Assembly: GCA_964057225.1 (NCBI GenBank) | Contig: OZ059894.1 | Location: 21,576,001-21,640,000, forward strand | DNA: 64,000 nt | From: Auanema rhodensis | Lineage: Eukaryota; Animalia; Nematoda | Direction of reading: 5' to 3' | Shown: one piece after another, positions 1 through 12,284 of the stretch | Layout: every line of letters starts with the position of its first letter | How positions within the stretch are numbered: the stretch's first letter is position 1 | The notes under the pieces: model-generated | Databases searched by the model: none | The model's input: only the letters and a program-made list of their open reading frames with translations | What the model was told of the DNA's origin: nothing | Position numbers and translations under genes: made by a program

Positions 1-43
1 TATCAGATGTGCGCTAGCTTAAAAATGCACCGAGATATCAACT

Positions 44-65
44 GATATAAGTTTACACTTATATC
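44..65. other. Inverted repeat 1 of the monomer (9-bp arms, 4-nt spacer); first copy shown
   Basis: GATATAAGT (44-52), spacer T(T/C)AC, then ACTTATATC (57-65), the exact reverse complement. Confidence 0.9.
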
Positions 66-167
66 CTCGATTTTCACCCTGAAGAATTAATTTTTTCGTT
101 GAATAACATTGTCCATCGTCTTTGCCTTGAAAAAAGAAATCTAAAAACATCTACTTTTTGCTAAATT

Positions 168-202
168 ATTTTGAAATTTTTCGAAAAAATTTTTGTCAAA
201 AT
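168..202. other. A/T-tract dyad of the monomer with 12-bp perfect palindrome core; first copy shown
   Basis: TTTTTCGAAAAA (177-188) is flanked by ATTTTGA (168-174) and its reverse complement TCAAAAT (196-202). Confidence 0.85.
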
Positions 203-215
203 GTTTTTGGAAGCA

Positions 216-243
216 ATGTTGAGTGTACATGGAAACTCAACAT
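216..243. other. Inverted repeat 3 of the monomer (9-bp arms, 10-nt spacer); first copy shown
   Basis: ATGTTGAGT (216-224), spacer GTACATGGAA, then ACTCAACAT (235-243). Confidence 0.9.
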
Positions 244-3200
244 ACACTAATGCATCATTTTTCAAACGATCATAACTAATTTTTGTATTAAGCGTTTCTC
301 AATGTAGTAAAGTGCATTCGATGCGGATTTTTAAGCTGCGTCGATCTGTGTTATCAGATTTGCGCTAGCTTAAAAATGCACCGAGATATCAACTGATATA
401 AGTTCACACTTATATCCTCGATTTTCACCCTGAAGAATTAATTTTTTCGTTGAATAACATTGTCCATCGTCTTTGCCTTAAAAAAAGGAATCTAAAAACA
501 TCTACTTTTTGCTGAATTATTCTGAAATTTTTCGAAAAAATTTTTGTCAAAATGTTTTTGGAAGCAATGTTGAGTGTACATGGAAACTCAACATACACTA
601 ATGCATCATTTTTCAAACGATCATAACTAATTTTTGTATTAAGCGTTTCTCAATGTAGTATAGTGCATTCGATGCGGATTTTTAAGCTGCGTCGATCTGT
701 GTTATCAGATGTGCGCTAGCTTAAAAATGCACCGAGATATCAACTGATATAAGTTTACACTTATATCCTCGATTTTCACCCTGAAGAATTAATTTTTTCG
801 TTGAATAACATTGTCCATCGTCTTTGCCTTGAAAAAAGAAATCTAAAAACATCTACTTTTTGCTAAATTATTTTGAAATTTTTCGAAAAAATTTTTGTCA
901 AAATGTTTTTGGAAGCAATGTTGAGTGTACATGGAAACTCAACATACACTAATGCATCATTTTTCAAACGATCATAACTAATTTTTGTATTAAGCGTTTC
1001 TCAATGTAGTATAGTGCATTCGATGCGGATTTTTAAGCTGCGTCGATCTGTGTTATCAGATTTGCGCTAGCTTAAAAATGCACCGAGATATCAACTGATA
1101 TAAGTTCACACTTATATCCTCGATTTTCACCCTGAAGAATTAATTTTTTCGTTGAATAACATTGTCCATCGTCTTTGCCTTAAAAAAAGGAATCTAAAAA
1201 CATCTACTTTTTGCTAAATTATTTTGAAATTTTTCGAAAAAATTTTTGTCAAAATGTTTTTGGAAGCAATGTTGAGTGTACATGGAAACTCAACATACAC
1301 TAATGCATCATTTTTCAAACGATCATAACTAATTTGTGTATTAAAAGTTTCTTGATGTAGTAGAGTGCATTCGATGCGGATTTTTAAGCTGCGTCGATCT
1401 GTGTTATCCGATTTGCGCTAGCTTAAAAATGCACCGAGATATCAACTGATATATGTTCACACTTATATCCTCGATTTTCACCCTGAAGAATTAATTTTTT
1501 CGTTGAATAACATTGTCCATCGTCTTTGCCTTGAAAAAAGAAATCTAAAAACATCTACTTTTTGCTAAATTATTTTGAAATTTTTCGAAAAAATTTTTGT
1601 CAAAATGTTTTTGGAAGCAATGTTGAGTGTACATGGAAACTCAACATACACTAATGCATCATTTTTCAAACGATCATAACTAATTTGTGTATTAAGCGTT
1701 TCTCAATTTAGTATAGTGCATTCGATGCGGATTTTTAAGCTGCGTCGATCTGTGTTATCAGATTTGCGCTAGCTTAAAAATGCACCGAGATATCAACTGA
1801 TATAAGTTCACACTTATATCCTCGATTTTCACCCTGAAGAATTAATTTTTTCGTTGAATAACATTGTCCATCGTCTTTGCCTTAAAAAAAGAAATCTAAA
1901 AACATCTACTTTTTGCTAAATTATTTTGAAATTTTTCGAAAAAATTTTTGTCAAAATGTTTTTGGAAGCAATGTTGAGTGTACATGGAAACTCAACATAC
2001 ACTAATGCATCATTTTTCAAACGATCATAACTAATTTTTGTATCAAACGTTTCTCAATGTAGTATAGTGCATTCGATGCGGATTTTTAAGCTGCGTCGAT
2101 CTGTGTTATCAGATTTGCGCTAGCTTAAAAATGCACCGAGATATCAACTGATATAAGTTCACACTTATATCCTCGATTTTCACCCTGAAGAATTAATTTT
2201 TTCGTTGAATAACATTGTCCATCGTCTTTGCCTTGGAAAAAGGAATCTAAAAACATCTACTTTTCGCTGAATTATTCTGAAATTTTTCGAAAAAATTTTT
2301 GTCAAAATGTTTTTGGAAGCAATGTTGAGTGTACATGGAAACTCAACATACACTAATGCATCATTTTTCAAACGATCATAACTAATTTTTGTATTAAGCG
2401 TTTCTCAATGTAGTATAGTGCATTCGATGCGGATTTTTAAGCTGCGTCGATCTGTGTTATCCGATTTGCGCTAGCTTAAAAATGCACCGAGATATCAACT
2501 GATATATGTTCACACTTATATCCTCGATTTTCACCCTGAAGAATTAATTTTTTCGTTGAATAACATTGTCCATCGTCTTTGCCTTGAAAAAAGAAATCTA
2601 AAAACATCTACTTTTTGCTAAATTATTTTGAAATTTTTCGAAAAAATTTTTGTCAAAATGTTTTTGGAAGCAATGTTGAGTGTACATGGAAACTCAACAT
2701 ACACTAATGCATCATTTTTCAAACGATCATAACTAATTTGTGTATTAAAAGTTTCTTGATGTAGTATAGTGCATTCGATGCGGATTTTTAAGCTGCGTCG
2801 ATCTGTGTTATCAGATTTGCGCTAGCTTAAAAATGCACCGAGATATCAACTGATATAAGTTTACACTTATATCCTCGATTTTCACCCTGAAGAATTAATT
2901 TTTTCGTTGAATAACATTGTCCATCGTCTTTGCCTTGAAAAAAGAAATCTAAAAACATCTACTTTTTGCTAAATTATTTTGAAATTTTTCGAAAAAATTT
3001 TTGTCAAAATGTTTTTGGAAGCAATGTTGAGTGTACATGGAAACTCAACATACACTAATGCATCATTTTTCAAACGATCATAACTAATTTTTGTATCAAA
3101 CGTTTCTCAATGTAGTATAGTGCATTCGATGCGGATTTTTAAGCTGCGTCGATCTGTGTTATCAGATTTGCGCTAGCTTAAAAATGCACCGAGATATCAA

Positions 3201-5616
3201 CTGATATAAGTTCACACTTATATCCTCGATTTTCACCCTGAAGAATTAATTTTTTCGTTGAATAACATTGTCCATCGTCTTTGCCTTGAAAAAAGAAATC
3301 TAAAAACATCTACTTTTTGCTAAATTATTTTGAAATTTTTCGAAAAAATTTTTGTCAAAATGTTTTTGGAAGCAATGTTGAGTGTACATGGAAACTCAAC
3401 ATACACTAATGCATCATTTTTCAAACGATCATAACTAATTTGTGTATTAAGCGTTTCTCAATGTAGTATAGTGCATTCGATGCGGATTTTTAAGCTGCGT
3501 CGATCTGTGTTATCAGATTTGCGCTAGCTTAAAAATGCACCGAGATATCAACTGATATAAGTTCACACTTATATCCTCGATTTTCACCATGAAGAATTAA
3601 TTTTTTCGTTGAATAACATTGTCCATCGTCTTTGCCTTAAAAAAAGGAATCTAAAAACATCTACTTTTTGCTAAATTATTTTGAAATTTTTCGAAAAAAT
3701 TTTTGTCAAAATGTTTTTGGAAGCAATGTTGAGTGTACATGGAAACTCAACATACACTAATGCATCATTTTTCAAACGATCATAACTAATTTTTGTATCA
3801 AACGTTTCTCAATGTAGTATAGTGCATTCGATGCGGATTTTTAAGCTGCGTCGATCTGTGTTATCAGATTTGCGCTAGCTTAAAAATGCACCGAGATATC
3901 AACTGATATAAGTTCACACTTATATCCTCGATTTTCACCCTGAAGAATTAATTTTTTCGTTGAATAACATTGTCCATCGTCTTTGCCTTGGAAAAAGGAA
4001 TCTAAAAACATCTACTTTTTGCTGAATTATTCTGAAATTTTTCGAAAAAATTTTTGTCAAAATGTTTTTGGAAGCAATGTTGAGTGTACATGGAAACTCA
4101 ACATACACTAATGCATCATTTTTCAAACGATCATAACTAATTTTTGTATTAAGCGTTTCTCAATGTAGTATAGTGCATTCGATGCGGATTTTTAAGCTGC
4201 GTCGATCTGTGTTATCAGATTTGCGCTAGCTTAAAAATGCACCGAGATATCAACTGATATAAGTTTACACTTATATCCTCGATTTTCACCCTGAAGAATT
4301 AATTTTTTCGTTGAATAACATTGTCCATCGTCTTTGCCTTGAAAAAAGAAATCTAAAAACATCTACTTTTTGCTAAATTATTTTGAAATTTTTCGAAAAA
4401 ATTTTTGTCAAAATGTTTTTGGAAGCAATGTTGAGTGTACATGGAAACTCAACATACACTAATGCATCATTTTTCAAACGATCATAACTAATTTTTGTAT
4501 TAAGCGTTTCTCAATGTAGTATAGTGCATTCGATGCGGATTTTTAAGCTGCGTCGATCTGTGTTATCAGATTTGCGCTAGCTTAAAAATGCACCGAGATA
4601 TCAACTGATATAAGTTCACACTTATATCCTCGATTTTCACCCTGAAGAATTAATTTTTTCGTTGAATAACATTGTCCATCGTCTTTGCCTTGAAAAAAGG
4701 AATCTAAAAACATCTACTTTTTGCTAAATTATTTTGAAATTTTTCGAAAAAATTTTTGTCAAAATGTTTTTGGAAGCAATGTTGAGTGTACATGGAAACT
4801 CAACATACACTAATGCATCATTTTTCAAACGATCATAACTAATTTGTGTATTAAAAGTTTCTTGATGTAGTATAGTGCATTCGATGCGGATTTTTAAGCT
4901 GCGTCGATCTGTGTTATCCGATTTGCGCTAGCTTAAAAATGCACCGAGATATCAACTGATATATGTTCACACTTATATCCTCGATTTTCACCCTGAAGAA
5001 TTAATTTTTTCGTTGAATAACATTGTCCATCGTCTTTGCCTTGAAAAAAGAAATCTAAAAACATCTACTTTTTGCTAAATTATTTTGAAATTTTTCGAAA
5101 AAATTTTTGTCAAAATGTTTTTGGAAGCAATGTTGAGTGTACATGGAAACTCAACATACACTAATGCATCATTTTTCAAACGATCATAACTAATTTTTGT
5201 ATCAAACGTTTCTCAATGTAGTATAGTGCATTCGATGCGGATTTTTAAGCTGCGTCGATCTGTGTTATCAGATTTGCGCTAGCTTAAAAATGCACCGAGA
5301 TATCAACTGATATAAGTTCACACTTATATCCTCGATTTTCACCCTGAAGAATTAATTTTTTCGTTGAATAACATTGTCCATCGTCTTTGCCTTGGAAAAA
5401 GGAATCTAAAAACATCTACTTTTTGCTGAATTATTCTGAAATTTTTCGAAAAAATTTTTGTCAAAATGTTTTTGGAAGCAATGTTGAGTGTACATGGAAA
5501 CTCAACATACACTAATGCATCATTTTTCAAACGATCATAACTAATTTTTGTATTAAGCGTTTCTCAATGTAGTATAGTGCATTCGATGCGGATTTTTAAG
5601 CTGCGTCGATCTGTGT

Positions 5617-7722
5617 TATCAGATTTGCACTAGCTTAAAAATGCACCGAGATATCAACTGATATAAGTTTACACTTATATCCTCGATTTTCACCCTGAAG
5701 AATTAATTTTTTCGTTGAATAACATTGTCCATCGTCTTTGCCTTGAAAAAAGAAATCTAAAAACATCTACTTTTTGCTAAATTATTTTGAAATTTTTCGA
5801 AAAAATTTTTGTCAAAATGTTTTTGGAAGCAATGTTGAGTGTACATGGAAACTCAACATACACTAATGCATCATTTTTCAAACGATCATAACTAATTTGT
5901 GTATTAAGCGTTTCTCAATGTAGTATAGTGCATTCGATGCGGATTTTTAAGCTGCGTCGATCTGTGTTATCAGATGTGCGCTAGCTTAAAAATGCACCGA
6001 GATATCAACTGATATAAGTTTACACTTATATCCTCGATTTTCACCCTGAAGAATTAATTTTTTCGTTGAATAACATTGTCCATCGTCTTTGCCTTGAAAA
6101 AAGAAATCTAAAAACATCTACTTTTTGCTAAATTATTTCGAAATTTTTCGAAAAAATTTTTGTCAAAATGTTTTTGGAAGCAATGTTGAGTGTACATGGA
6201 AACTCAACATACACTAATGCATCATTTTTCAAACGATCATAACTAATTTTTGTATCAAACGTTTCTCAATGTAGTATAGTGCATGCGATGCGGATTTTTA
6301 AGCTGCGTCGATCTGTGTTATCAGATTTGCGCTAGCTTAAAAATGCACCGAGATATCAACTGATATAAGTTCACACTTATATCCTCGATTTTCACCCTGA
6401 AGAATTAATTTTTTCGTTGAATAACATTGTCCATCGTCTTTGCCTTAAAAAAAGAAATCTAAAAACATCTACTTTTTGCTAAATTATTTTGAAATTTTTC
6501 GAAAAAATTTTTGTCAAAATGTTTTTGGAAGCAATGTTGAGTGTACATGGAAACTCAACATACACTAATGCATCATTTTTCAAACGATCATAACTAATTT
6601 TTGTATTAAGCGTTTCTCAATGTAGTATAGTGCATTCGATGCGGATTTTTAAGCTGCGTCGATCTGTGTTATCAGATTTGCACTAGCTTAAAAATGCACC
6701 GAGATATCAACTGATATAAGTTTACACTTATATCCTCGATTTTCACCCTGAAGAATTAATTTTTTCGTTGAATAACATTGTCCATCGTCTTTGCCTTGAA
6801 AAAAGAAATCTAAAAACATCTACTTTTTGCTAAATTATTTTGAAATTTTTCGAAAAAATTTTTGTCAAAATGTTTTTGGAAGCAATGTTGAGTGTACATG
6901 GAAACTCAACATACACTAATGCATCATTTTTCAAACGATCATAACTAATTTGTGTATTAAGCGTTTCTCAATGTAGTATAGTGCATTCGATGCGGATTTT
7001 TAAGCTGCGTCGATCTGTGTTATCAGATGTGCGCTAGCTTAAAAATGCACCGAGATATCAACTGATATAAGTTTACACTTATATCCTCGATTTTCACCCT
7101 GAAGAATTAATTTTTTCGTTGAATAACATTGTCCATCGTCTTTGCCTTGAAAAAAGAAATCTAAAAACATCTACTTTTTGCTAAATTATTTTGAAATTTT
7201 TCGAAAAAATTTTTGTCAAAATGTTTTTGGAAGCAATGTTGAGTGTACATGGAAACTCAACATACACTAATGCATCATTTTTCAAACGATCATAACTAAT
7301 TTTTGTATCAAACGTTTCTCAATGTAGTATAGTGCATGCGATGCGGATTTTTAAGCTGCGTCGATCTGTGTTATCAGATTTGCGCTAGCTTAAAAATGCA
7401 CCGAGATATCAACTGATATAAGTTCACACTTATATCCTCGATTTTCACCCTGAAGAATTAATTTTTTCGTTGAATAACATTGTCCATCGTCTTTGCCTTA
7501 AAAAAAGAAATCTAAAAACATCTACTTTTTGCTAAATTATTTTGAAATTTTTCGAAAAAATTTTTGTCAAAATGTTTTTGGAAGCAATGTTGAGTGTACA
7601 TGGAAACTCAACATACACTAATGCATCATTTTTCAAACGATCATAACTAATTTTTGTATTAAGCGTTTCTCAATGTAGTATAGTGCATTCGATGCGGATT
7701 TTTAAGCTGCGTCGATCTGTGT
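5617..7722 (+). repeat. Local 3-mer higher-order repeat x2 (1053 bp)
   Basis: The order TGCACTAG monomer, GATGTG+GCATGCGA monomer, TTAAAAAAAGAAA monomer occurs at 5617 and again at 6670. Confidence 0.8.
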
Positions 7723-10700
7723 TATCAGATGTGCGCTAGCTTAAAAATGCACCGAGATATCAACTGATATAAGTTTACACTTATATCCTCGATTTTCACC
7801 CTGAAGAATTAATTTTTTCGTTGAATAACATTGTCCATAGTCTTTGCCTTAAAAAAAGGAATCTTAAAACATCTACTTTTTGCTAAATTATTTTGAAATT
7901 TTTCGAAAAAATTTTTGTCAAAATGTTTTTGGAAGCAATGTTGAGTGTACATGGAAACTCAACATACACTAATGCATCATTTTTCAAACGATCATAACTA
8001 ATTTGTGTATTAAAAGTTTCTTGATGTAGTATAGTGCATTCGATGCGGATTTTTAAGCTGCGTCGATCTGTGTTATCCGATTTGCGCTAGCTTAAAAATG
8101 CACCGAGATATCAACTGATATATGTTCACACTTATATCCTCGATTTTCACCCTGAAGAATTAATTTTTTCGTTGAATAACATTGTCCATCGTCTTTGCCT
8201 TGAAAAAAGAAATCTAAAAACATCTACTTTTTGCTAAATTATTTTGAAATTTTTCGAAAAAATTTTTGTCAAAATGTTTTTGGAAGCAATGTTGAGTGTA
8301 CATGGAAACTCAACATACACTAATGCATCATTTTTCAAACGATCATAACTAATTTGTGTATTAAGCGTTTCTCAATGTAGTATAGTGCATTCGATGCGGA
8401 TTTTTAAGCTGCGTCGATCTGTGTTATCAGATGTGCGCTAGCTTAAAAATGCACCGAGATATCAACTGATATAAGTTTACACTTATATCCTCGATTTTCA
8501 CCCTGAAGAATTAATTTTTTCGTTGAATAACATTGTCCATCGTCTTTGCCTTGAAAAAAGAAATCTAAAAACATCTACTTTTTGCTAAATTATTTTGAAA
8601 TTTTTCGAAAAAATTTTTGTCAAAATGTTTTTGGAAGCAATGTTGAGTGTACATGGAAACTCAACATACACTAATGCATCATTTTTCAAACGATCATAAC
8701 TAATTTTTGTATCAAACGTTTCTCAATGTAGTATAGTGCATGCGATGCGGATTTTTAAGCTGCGTCGATCTGTGTTATCAGATTTGCGCTAGCTTAAAAA
8801 TGCACCGAGATATCAACTGATATAAGTTCACACTTATATCCTCGATTTTCACCCTGAAGAATTAATTTTTTCGTTGAATAACATTGTCCATCGTCTTTGC
8901 CTTAAAAAAAGAAATCTAAAAACATCTACTTTTTGCTAAATTATTTTGAAATTTTTCGAAAAAATTTTTGTCAAAATGTTTTGGAAGCAATGTTGAGTGT
9001 ACATGGAAACTCAACATACACTAATGCATCATTTTTCAAACGATCATAACTAATTTGTGTATTAAGCGTTTCTCAATGTAGTATAGTGCATTCGATGCGG
9101 ATTTTTAAGCTGCGTCGATCTGTGTTATCAGATGTGCGCTAGCTTAAAAATGCACCGAGATATCAACTGATATAAGTTTACACTTATATCCTCGATTTTC
9201 ACCCTGAAGAATTAATTTTTTCGTTGAATAACATTGTCCATCGTCTTTGCCTTGAAAAAAGAAATCTAAAAACATCTACTTTTTGCTAAATTATTTTGAA
9301 ATTTTTCGAAAAAATTTTTGTCAAAATGTTTTTGGAAGCAATGTTGAGTGTACATGGAAACTCAACATACACTAATGCATCATTTTTCAAACGATCATAA
9401 CTAATTTTTGTATTAAGCGTTTCTCAATGTAGTATAGTGCATTCGATGCGGATTTTTAAGCTGCGTCGATCTGTGTTATCAGATTTGCGCTAGCTTAAAA
9501 ATGCACCGAGATATCAACTGATATAAGTTCACACTTATATCCTCGATTTTCACCCTGAAGAATTAATTTTTTCGTTGAATAACATTGTCCATCGTCTTTG
9601 CCTTAAAAAAAGGAATCTAAAAACATCTACTTTTTGCTAAATTATTTTGAAATTTTTCGAAAAAATTTTTGTCAAAATGTTTTTGGAAGCAATGTTGAGT
9701 GTACATGGAAACTCAACATACACTAATGCATCATTTTTCAAACGATCATAACTAATTTGTGTATTAAAAGTTTCTTGATGTAGTATAGTGCATTCGATGC
9801 GGATTTTTAAGCTGCGTCGATCTGTGTTATCCGATTTGCGCTAGCTTAAAAATGCACCGAGATATCAACTGATATAAGTTCACACTTATATCCTCGATTT
9901 TCACCCTGAAGAATTAATTTTTTCGTTGAATAACATTGTCCATCGTCTTTGCCTTAAAAAAAGGAATCTAAAAACATCTACTTTTTGCTAAATTATTTTG
10001 AAATTTTTCGAAAAAATTTTTGTCAAAATGTTTTTGGAAGCAATGTTGAGTGTACATGGAAACTCAACATACACTAATGCATCATTTTTCAAACGATCAT
10101 AACTAATTTGTGTATTAAAAGTTTCTTGATGTAGTATAGTGCATTCGATGCGGATTTTTAAGCTGCGTCGATCTGTGTTATCCGATTTGCGCTAGCTTAA
10201 AAATGCACCGAGATATCAACTGATATATGTTCACACTTATATCCTCGATTTTCACCCTGAAGAATTAATTTTTTCGTTGAATAACATTGTCCATCGTCTT
10301 TGCCTTGAAAAAAGAAATCTAAAAACATCTACTTTTTGCTAAATTATTTTGAAATTTTTCGAAAAAATTTTTGTCAAAATGTTTTTGGAAGCAATGTTGA
10401 GTGTACATGGAAACTCAACATACACTAATGCATCATTTTTCAAACGATCATAACTAATTTGTGTATTAAGCATTTCTCAATGTAGTATAGTGCATTCGAT
10501 GCGGATTTTTAAGCTGCGTCGATCTGTGTTATCAGATTTGCGCTAGCTTAAAAATGCACCGAGATATCAACTGATATAAGTTCACACTTATATCCTCGAT
10601 TTTCACCCTGAAGAATTAATTTTTTCGTTGAATAACATTGTCCATCGTCTTTGCCTTGAAAAAAGAAATCTAAAAACATCTACTTTTTGCTAAATTATTT

Positions 10701-12284
10701 TGAAATTTTTCGAAAAAATTTTTGTCAAAATGTTTTTGGAAGCAATGTTGAGTGTACATGGAAACTCAACATACACTAATGCATCATTTTTCAAACGATC
10801 ATAACTAATTTTTGTATCAAACGTTTCTCAATGTAGTATAGTGCATTCGATGCGGATTTTTAAGCTGCGTCGATCTGTGTTATCAGATTTGCGCTAGCTT
10901 AAAAATGCACCGAGATATCAACTGATATAAGTTCACACTTATATCCTCGATTTTCACCCTGAAGAATTAATTTTTTCGTTGAATAACATTGTCCATCGTC
11001 TTTGCCTTGGAAAAAGGAATCTAAAAACATCTACTTTTCGCTGAATTATTCTGAAATTTTTCGAAAAAATTTTTGTCAAAATGTTTTTGGAAGCAATGTT
11101 GAGTGTACATGGAAACTCAACATACACTAATGCATCATTTTTCAAACGATCATAACTAATTTTTGTATTAAGCGTTTCTCAATGTAGTATAGTGCATTCG
11201 ATGCGGATTTTTAAGCTGCGTCGATCTGTGTTATCAGATTTGCGCTAGCTTAAAAATGCACCGAGATATCAACTGATATAAGTTTACACTTATATCCTCG
11301 ATTTTCACCCTGAAGAATTAATTTTTTCGTTGAATAACATTGTCAATCGTCTTTGCCTTGAAAAAAGAAATCTAAAAACATCTACTTTTTGCTAAATTAT
11401 TTTGAAATTTTTCGAAAAAATTTTTGTCAAAATGTTTTTGGAAGCAATGTTGAGTGTACATGGAAACTCAACATACACTAATGCATCATTTTTCAAACGA
11501 TCATAACTAATTTGTGTATTAAGCGTTTCTCAATGTAGTATAGTGCATTCGATGCGGATTTTTAAGCTGCGTCGATCTGTGTTATCAGATTTGCGCTAGC
11601 TTAAAAATGCACCGAGATATCAACTGATATAAGTTCACACTTATATCCTCGATTTTCACCCTGAAGAATTAATTTTTTCGTTGAATAACATTGTCCATCG
11701 TCTTTGCCTTGAAAAAAGGAATCTAAAAACATCTACTTTTTGCTAAATTATTTTGAAATTTTTCGAAAAAATTTTTGTCAAAATGTTTTTGGAAGCAATG
11801 TTGAGTGTACATGGAAACTCAACATACACTAATGCATCATTTTTCAAACGATCATAACTAATTTGTGTATTAAGCGTTTCTCAATGTAGTATAGTGCATT
11901 CGATGCGGATTTTTAAGCTGCGTCGATCTGTGTTATCAGATTTGCGCTAGCTTAAAAATGCACCGAGATATCAACTGATATAAGTTCACACTTATATCCT
12001 CGATTTTCACCCTGAAGAATTAATTTTTTCGTTGAATAACATTGTCCATCGTCTTTGCCTTGAAAAAAGGAATCTAAAAACATCTACTTTTAGCTAAATT
12101 ATTTTGAAATTTTTCGAAAAAATTTTTGTCAAAATGTTTTTGGAAGCAATGTTGAGTGTACATGGAAACTCAACATACACTAATGCATCATTTTTCAAAC
12201 GATCATAACTAATTTTTGTATTAAGCGTTTCTCAATGTAGTATAGTGCATTCGATGCGGATTTTTAAGCTGCGTCGATCTGTGT

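Noticed and set aside
216-265. Hairpin plus T-run as a rho-independent terminator or Helitron 3' end
   Set aside because: The stem is AT-rich, the T-run is not adjacent to it, there is no upstream gene, and no properly spaced CTRR end follows.
1-351. Tandem 5S rRNA, tRNA, snRNA or spliced-leader gene unit
   Set aside because: I recognise no 5S, tRNA cloverleaf, Pol III box or spliced-leader sequence. An Infernal/Rfam scan would be the definitive test.
1-351. Monomer as an ancient dimer of ~175-bp subunits
   Set aside because: The two halves show no convincing alignment by eye beyond shared A/T tracts.
1-351. Assignment to a named satellite (e.g. Drosophila 1.688 family or beetle ~350-bp satellites) or a CENP-B box
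   Set aside because: Only length and AT content are similar. I cannot confirm sequence homology and see no canonical TTCG-N4-A-N2-CGGG motif.
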